Shown in pieces: positions 58,768 through 64,000 of a DNA stretch of 64,000 bases. The DNA lies in assembly GCA_050916035.1 (NCBI GenBank), contig CP050876.1, positions 135,923 through 199,922 on the forward strand, in the 5' to 3' direction. A program made the translations under genes and the position numbers. Source of the DNA: Vampirovibrio sp. Its GTDB lineage: Bacteria; Cyanobacteriota; Vampirovibrionia; Vampirovibrionales; JAJTHC01. Each line of letters begins with the position of its first letter. The stretch's first letter is position 1. The notes under the pieces were generated by a model that was given only the letters and a program-made list of their open reading frames with translations, had not been told where the DNA came from and searched no databases.

Positions 58768-59511
58768 ATGATGGACACACAAGGGCTTTCTTCAGAGCGC
58801 ATCCACAACATTGATCAACTTTTAGATATTTTGGGACTCAGCCCCACTCAGGCCCCCATGCTGTATCACCAAGCCCTGACGCATAGTTCTTACACCTATG
58901 AAAATAAATTCGCGGACACCGATAACTATGAACGCCTCGAATTTTTAGGAGATGCCGTGCTCAAGCTGTGCATCAGTCAACTCCTTTTTCAACGGTTCCC
59001 GCAATACCGAGAAGGCGAACTCACCAAAATACGTGCGGTTGTCGTGAGTGATGCCACAGTGGCTGAATTGGCAAGAACTCTACAACTAGGAGATTATATG
59101 ATTTTTGGGCTGAGTGAACAACGCAGTGGGGGGGCCTTTAAAACCTCGAGCCTCGCGTGTGCCTTTGAAGCGCTGTTGGGGGCCTTATTTCTAGATGGTA
59201 AAATGGCTGAAATTAATGATTTATTGAATGATTTGATGACCGACATTATTACCGATATTGACTTGAATAAAACCAAAGACAATTTTAAAGCCGTTTTACA
59301 AGAATATTCTCAAGGCGAGGCCCTCGGTCTACCCGACTATGAAACCATACAAGAATCAGGGCCTTCTCATAACCGTACCTTCCATATCGTCGTTCGCTTA
59401 AATGGAGAAATACTGGGGCAAGGCATGGGAAAGAATAAAAAAACGGCCCAACAAGAAGCCGCCAAAGAAGCCTTAATTGCCTTAGGTGTACTCGTCATAG
59501 ACGCCCTGTAA
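58768..59511 (+). CDS. rnc: Ribonuclease III
   Basis: ALTHSS, NYERLEFLGDAVL, FEALLGA, C-terminal dsRBD. Confidence 0.97.
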   Translation: MMDTQGLSSERIHNIDQLLDILGLSPTQAPMLYHQALTHSSYTYENKFADTDNYERLEFLGDAVLKLCISQLLFQRFPQYREGELTKIRAVVVSDATVAELARTLQLGDYMIFGLSEQRSGGAFKTSSLACAFEALLGALFLDGKMAEINDLLNDLMTDIITDIDLNKTKDNFKAVLQEYSQGEALGLPDYETIQESGPSHNRTFHIVVRLNGEILGQGMGKNKKTAQQEAAKEALIALGVLVIDAL

Positions 59512-59592
59512 CAACACGTAACAGCCATTTTAGAACTCAAGACATTGCGTCGAAAAGTATGCTAGTCAATACCAAAAAGGACCCTGACGATC

Positions 59593-59883
59593 ATGCCCAT
59601 TGATGCAGGCGCCATGTGCCGTTCATTTTTACCCAATAACCCACGACTGGCTGAAATTATTTTGATGGTGTGTAAAGACACCTACAAAGCACGATTTCTC
59701 CCGAAGACTTTGGTTCGCCTGCTCGTCAACCGTGCTGTAGATGAAATTCGACGCGCGGGGCACGAATTTACGCGAGACCCCGAATTCGTAGTCAAAATGA
59801 CCACCCATGCCCGTAGTCTTTATGGACGTTTTAGAGGTGAAATTGGATTACTGAATTCAAGTGGCACCAGACCGTTACGGTAA
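59593..59883 (+). CDS. Hypothetical protein
   Basis: 96-aa ORF with AAAAGGA RBS and TATGCT -10 upstream. Confidence 0.65.
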   Translation: MPIDAGAMCRSFLPNNPRLAEIILMVCKDTYKARFLPKTLVRLLVNRAVDEIRRAGHEFTRDPEFVVKMTTHARSLYGRFRGEIGLLNSSGTRPLR

Positions 59884-60249
59884 AGAACGGTGATGTTTTA
59901 AAAAATAAAGCACGTGATTCCAGTCGTCTATCCGTAAATAAGACGACTGATACGCTCCCAAGTGCCAAACACCACCTGCATCTTGATGATTCAAATAAAT
60001 ATCACTCGCCAAAGGGGGCAATTCATCCTTCGTTTCAAGACTTCTTAAACAATAATCAAAATAGGTTTGCCCTTCTGCATAGACATTCCATTCGTCTTCC
60101 AAATAGATTTCAAATCCAGATACAGACGCATTGAACCAATCCCTGGCTTGATTTAAGCGATCATATAAATCACCTAAGGCAAGATCCACCAATATCGCCT
60201 GTAAATGCTGGACAATCCATTCAGGCGACTTTTCGCTTATCTCAAGCAT
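59875..60249 (-). CDS. Hypothetical protein immediately downstream of recA
   Basis: 124-aa ORF starting 2 bp after the recA stop. Confidence 0.65.
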   Translation of the reverse strand: MLEISEKSPEWIVQHLQAILVDLALGDLYDRLNQARDWFNASVSGFEIYLEDEWNVYAEGQTYFDYCLRSLETKDELPPLASDIYLNHQDAGGVWHLGAYQSSYLRIDDWNHVLYFLKHHRSLP

Positions 60250-60251
60250 AC

Positions 60252-61388
60252 CTAAACCAAGGGTTCCAAAGCATCCACAGGACTCAAACCTATTTCTGTC
60301 TCTACTTCCTTGGCACCAATGACGCCATCTGTAGAGAGGGCTTGACGATCTTCCTCAATGCGCGCACGTACTTTGCCGTCAATTTCAGCCATCATGTCTG
60401 GATTTTCAATAATGAAATCTCTGGCCTTTTCACGCCCTTGCCCTAAACGAGTTTCCCCATAACTAAACCACGTGCCTGACTTTTTAACGATCCCCATTTC
60501 AGTGGCCACATCAATGACAGAACCTTCCACACTAATGCCTTTGCCGTATAAAATATCAAATTCAGCAATCCGAAACGGAGGCGCCACCTTGTTTTTAACG
60601 ATTTTACACTTCACACGGTTACCATATTCAACGCCATCTTTTTTCAAAATTTCGATACGACGAATATCCATACGCAAAGAGCAATAAAATTTCAGTGCGT
60701 TCCCACCCGTGGTGGTTTCAGGGTTGCCCATGTAAACGCCTATTTTTTGACGCAACTGGTTAATAAAAATGACCACCGTGCGGGTCTTTCCCACCACGGC
60801 GGTTAACTTACGCAGGGCTTGGGACATAAGACGGGCTTGCAAACCCATATGTGCATCTCCCATATCGCCTTCTATTTCAGCCTTGGGCACCAAAGCGGCT
60901 ACAGAATCCACCACCACGACATCCACGGCGCCAGAACGTACCAACTGTTCCGTAATTTCAAGCGCTTGCTCTCCCGTATCGGGTTGAGAAATAAGCAGTT
61001 CATCGATGTTGACCCCTAATTTTTTGGCGTAAGTGGGATCCAACGCATGCTCTGCATCCACAAAAGCAGCAATGCCGCCTTTTTTCTGCGCTTGTGCAAT
61101 CAAATTTAAAGCCAAAGTGGTTTTTCCACTCGATTCAGGACCATAAATTTCCACAATCCGCCCACGAGGGACACCGCCCACCCCAAGGGCCAAATCCAAG
61201 GACAAAGCCCCTGTAGGAATCACATCCAAATTTAAATTAGGCCGCTGCCCCAAGCGCATGATGGCCCCTTTTCCAAAATCCTTTTCAATTTTGTCTAACG
61301 TAAAAGCCAATGCCTGCTTACGTGCTTCGTAATCGGCGTGACTTAAATCAACAGGCGCTTCTACAGGGGTATTATTTTTAGCCATCAT
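60252..61388 (-). CDS. recA: Recombinase A
   Basis: [55 protein letters not shown]. Confidence 0.99.
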   Translation of the reverse strand: MMAKNNTPVEAPVDLSHADYEARKQALAFTLDKIEKDFGKGAIMRLGQRPNLNLDVIPTGALSLDLALGVGGVPRGRIVEIYGPESSGKTTLALNLIAQAQKKGGIAAFVDAEHALDPTYAKKLGVNIDELLISQPDTGEQALEITEQLVRSGAVDVVVVDSVAALVPKAEIEGDMGDAHMGLQARLMSQALRKLTAVVGKTRTVVIFINQLRQKIGVYMGNPETTTGGNALKFYCSLRMDIRRIEILKKDGVEYGNRVKCKIVKNKVAPPFRIAEFDILYGKGISVEGSVIDVATEMGIVKKSGTWFSYGETRLGQGREKARDFIIENPDMMAEIDGKVRARIEEDRQALSTDGVIGAKEVETEIGLSPVDALEPLV

Positions 61389-61618
61389 CTCATTTTCGTC
61401 CTTTCCCAGTGTCCCTACCTAAAACATGCTTTTAGTATACCTTAAAAAGTAAGAAAGCCCCTCTTTGGCGCTTCACTTTGTTACGCAATGATACGAAAAC
61501 TCCTTCGTCGCAGAAGGCATATCCCGTGCTCACCCCCACAGGCCTGTTCTCTCTAAAAATAGTACTTGCACATTTTTTTTGAAGTCGTACACTTAAAGGT
61601 GTTGAATCTACTCAGTAT

Positions 61619-61693
61619 GCGGGAGTAATTCAGTGGTAGAATGCTTCCTTGCCAAGGAAGATGTCGCGAGTTCGAGCCTCGTCTCCCGCTCCA
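61619..61693 (+). tRNA. tRNA-Gly (GCC)
   Basis: Cloverleaf, CTTCC-TTGCCAA-GGAAG, U73, encoded CCA. Confidence 0.97.
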
Positions 61694-61833
61694 TTTTTAG
61701 AACCCAATTTAAGCAATTCTCTCAGGATTAATTTTATTTTTTGAATAAAGTCAATTTTGGAATAAATAGTGTGTAAATACAGCTCATCAAGCTGCTTCAA
61801 CATGATACACCCTGAGCTATTTAGCAATAAAGT

Positions 61834-62991
61834 CTAACGTAAAAAACGCTGTAGGGCTTCAATCACATAGCATTGTTCATCTTCAGTCATTTCAGGGAAA
61901 AGCGGTAAGCTCAGCACCGTTTGACAAGCTTCTTCCGCGTGAGGAAACTGCCCTGCCTGATAACCCAGATTCTGGTGCATCCCTTGTAAATGCAAAGGAA
62001 TGGGATAGTAAACCCGAGCCCCCACACCGGCTGCTTGTAGCTGTGCTACTAAGTCATCGCGATTTAAAGAAGCATTGGAGCGTAGAGAAGGCCTTAGCGC
62101 CACAGTATACTGATGAAACACATGTTCAGCACCCTCAGGGATAATGGGCAAAATCAACGCCTCCACAGACGACAAGGCCTGCGTATAACGCTGTGCCTTC
62201 TCACGACGAGCCTCTCCCCACGCCTTCAAATAAGGGAGTTTCACCTGAACCAAAGCCGCTTGTAATTCATCCAAACGACTATTCATGCCTTCATGGGCAT
62301 GGTCATACGTCGAGGTTTGCCCGTGAACACGTAATGCCCTTAAACGCTCGGCATGTTCTGCGGTTTGGGTGGTCAACAAACCGCCATCCCCAAAAGCACC
62401 TAAGTTTTTCGTGGGGAAGAAACTAAAGCTTCCAAAATCACCCCAGCCTCCCACAGGCTTACCCTGCCATGTGGCATCCACGGCTTGCGCACAATCTTCA
62501 ATCACAGCCAAATCATTGGCCTTCGCTAAGGCCATTAGGGTCGTCATGTCCACAGGCAAGCCAAATAAATGCACAGGAATAATGGCTTTGGTACGGGGCG
62601 TAATGGCCGCTTCAACGGCGTCTAAGTCCATAAGATAGGTCGCATCAGCCACAATATCAACAAAAATAGGGGTGGCTCCCGCACGAACAATCGCTTCAGA
62701 CGTGGCAATATAGCTCATGGGGGTCGTAATCACTTCATCACCCAAGCCGATATCAAGGGCCCTTAACGCCAAATAGAGGCTATCTGTCCCATTGGCGACC
62801 CCCACGCCATACGCCGACTGAGTACGTATCGCCATTTCAGATTCTAGGGCCTGAACATGAGGCCCTAGAATATAATGACCTGAGCGCATCACACGCAAGG
62901 CTGCCGTTTCAAACTCGCTTTGCAAGGCCGCATACTGACGATCTAAACGTACAATAGGCACATTTAAATTCACTTTTGAAGACGCGTTCAT
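61834..62991 (-). CDS. DegT/DnrJ/EryC1/StrS PLP-dependent sugar aminotransferase
   Basis: ANGTDSL, PVHLFG, EDCAQA, SFFPTKNLG, NSRLDELQAA, LSLPLFP. Confidence 0.94.
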   Translation of the reverse strand: MNASSKVNLNVPIVRLDRQYAALQSEFETAALRVMRSGHYILGPHVQALESEMAIRTQSAYGVGVANGTDSLYLALRALDIGLGDEVITTPMSYIATSEAIVRAGATPIFVDIVADATYLMDLDAVEAAITPRTKAIIPVHLFGLPVDMTTLMALAKANDLAVIEDCAQAVDATWQGKPVGGWGDFGSFSFFPTKNLGAFGDGGLLTTQTAEHAERLRALRVHGQTSTYDHAHEGMNSRLDELQAALVQVKLPYLKAWGEARREKAQRYTQALSSVEALILPIIPEGAEHVFHQYTVALRPSLRSNASLNRDDLVAQLQAAGVGARVYYPIPLHLQGMHQNLGYQAGQFPHAEEACQTVLSLPLFPEMTEDEQCYVIEALQRFLR

Positions 62992-63039
62992 CGAAAACCC
63001 TTCCAAAACAAGAACTACAGCAAAAAAGAAAGGAATAAC

Positions 63040-64000
63040 TTATTTAGTACGAGGACGTAAAAAATCAGGCAAATCTAGAATACGACGTGCCGCATCCGCC
63101 ATACCTGATCCACGACTGGACGGTGCATAATCCATGGCCGCTTTATTCCCTGCATTCTGTTCAGCGGTGTTACCCACAAAGCCTGCACCCACGGCGACAG
63201 GTTCAGAAACGGTGGACGAACGACGCATAAAGCTTTCAAAAGGACTTTGAACGCCAGACAAAGATTCTTCTTTCACGATTTCTTTCACGTGACCAGACAA
63301 TTCAAAGCCTGTGGCAATCACCGTAATTTGAATTTCACCTTGAAGTTTTTCATCAATCACGGAACCAAAAATGATATTGGCTTCTGGATCCACCGCATCA
63401 TAAACAATTTCAGCCGCTTCATTCACTTCATGCAAGGTCATATCCAAGCCACCTGTGACACTAAAGATCACGCCACTTGCCCCATCAATCGTGGTTTCAA
63501 GCAAAGGAGAATTCACCGCCATACGCGCGGCTTCTAACGCACGACCTTCGCCTGTTCCTTTACCAATACCCATAATCGCAGAACCTGATTGATGCATAAT
63601 GGCTTTCACATCGGCAAAGTCGACGTTAATCAAACCAGGGATCGTAATAATATCTGAAATGCCTTGGACCCCACGAAGCAGAATATCATCCGCCACATGA
63701 AACGCATCTTGCATGGAAGTACGGCGCTCCACCACATCCAATAAACGATCATTAGGAATGACAATTAAGGTATCTACATTTTCTTTCAAGGCATCCAGCC
63801 CCTGATTGGCCTGTTGCAAACGACGGCGACCTTCAAAGCCAAAAGGCTTAGTCACCACACCAACCGTCAAGGCACCCAAATCACGTGCGATATCCGCCAC
63901 AACCGCAGCGGCGCCCGTTCCTGTTCCGCCCCCCATGCCCGCGGTGATAAAGACCATGTCGGCCCCTTCAATCGCAGCAGCAATGTCTTCACGACTTTCT
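63040..64000 (-). CDS. ftsZ: Cell division protein FtsZ (5' end beyond the window)
   Basis: [29 protein letters not shown]-terminal LDLPDFL. Confidence 0.99.
   Translation of the reverse strand, partial: ESREDIAAAIEGADMVFITAGMGGGTGTGAAAVVADIARDLGALTVGVVTKPFGFEGRRRLQQANQGLDALKENVDTLIVIPNDRLLDVVERRTSMQDAFHVADDILLRGVQGISDIITIPGLINVDFADVKAIMHQSGSAIMGIGKGTGEGRALEAARMAVNSPLLETTIDGASGVIFSVTGGLDMTLHEVNEAAEIVYDAVDPEANIIFGSVIDEKLQGEIQITVIATGFELSGHVKEIVKEESLSGVQSPFESFMRRSSTVSEPVAVGAGFVGNTAEQNAGNKAAMDYAPSSRGSGMADAARRILDLPDFLRPRTK

Noticed and set aside
61420-61440. Possible LexA box AAAACATGCTTTT upstream of recA
   Set aside because: Too far from either the GAAC-N4-GTTC or the cyanobacterial consensus to support.

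Overview
Chromosomal window from a flagellated bacterium. The inferred lineage is Vampirovibrionia/Melainabacteria (non-photosynthetic Cyanobacteriota), based on Ycf45-like, DUF4127, HEAT-repeat and cyanobacterial-looking hemL/ftsZ genes together with flagellar genes and no photosynthesis genes in the window. About 55 mostly housekeeping CDSs are present, including hemD, nagA, mutY, ndh, glgB, a SWIM-SNF2 ATPase, uppS, rsfS, hemL, tatC, mtnB, frr, cdsA, rnc, recA and ftsZ. The window also holds a GtrA-ArnT-GT2 glycosylation cassette, flagellar genes scattered over five loci, four tRNAs plus a tRNA-Pro 3' fragment, an IS5-family remnant, and many orphan proteins with Ser/Thr/Pro-rich N-termini. 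The most striking unexplained signal is a dispersed ~300-bp non-coding repeat family (three near-complete copies and one partial). It has compensatory stem changes, strand-specific G-U pairing, a possible pseudoknot and a conserved TAGTG end, suggesting a structured RNA or MITE/REPIN-like element. Also notable are a candidate attenuator leader before a TPR gene and a recurring GTAAC-N5-[G/A]TAAC direct-repeat box. No CRISPR array, rRNA or prophage was seen. All calls come from reading the sequence by eye; no searches were run.
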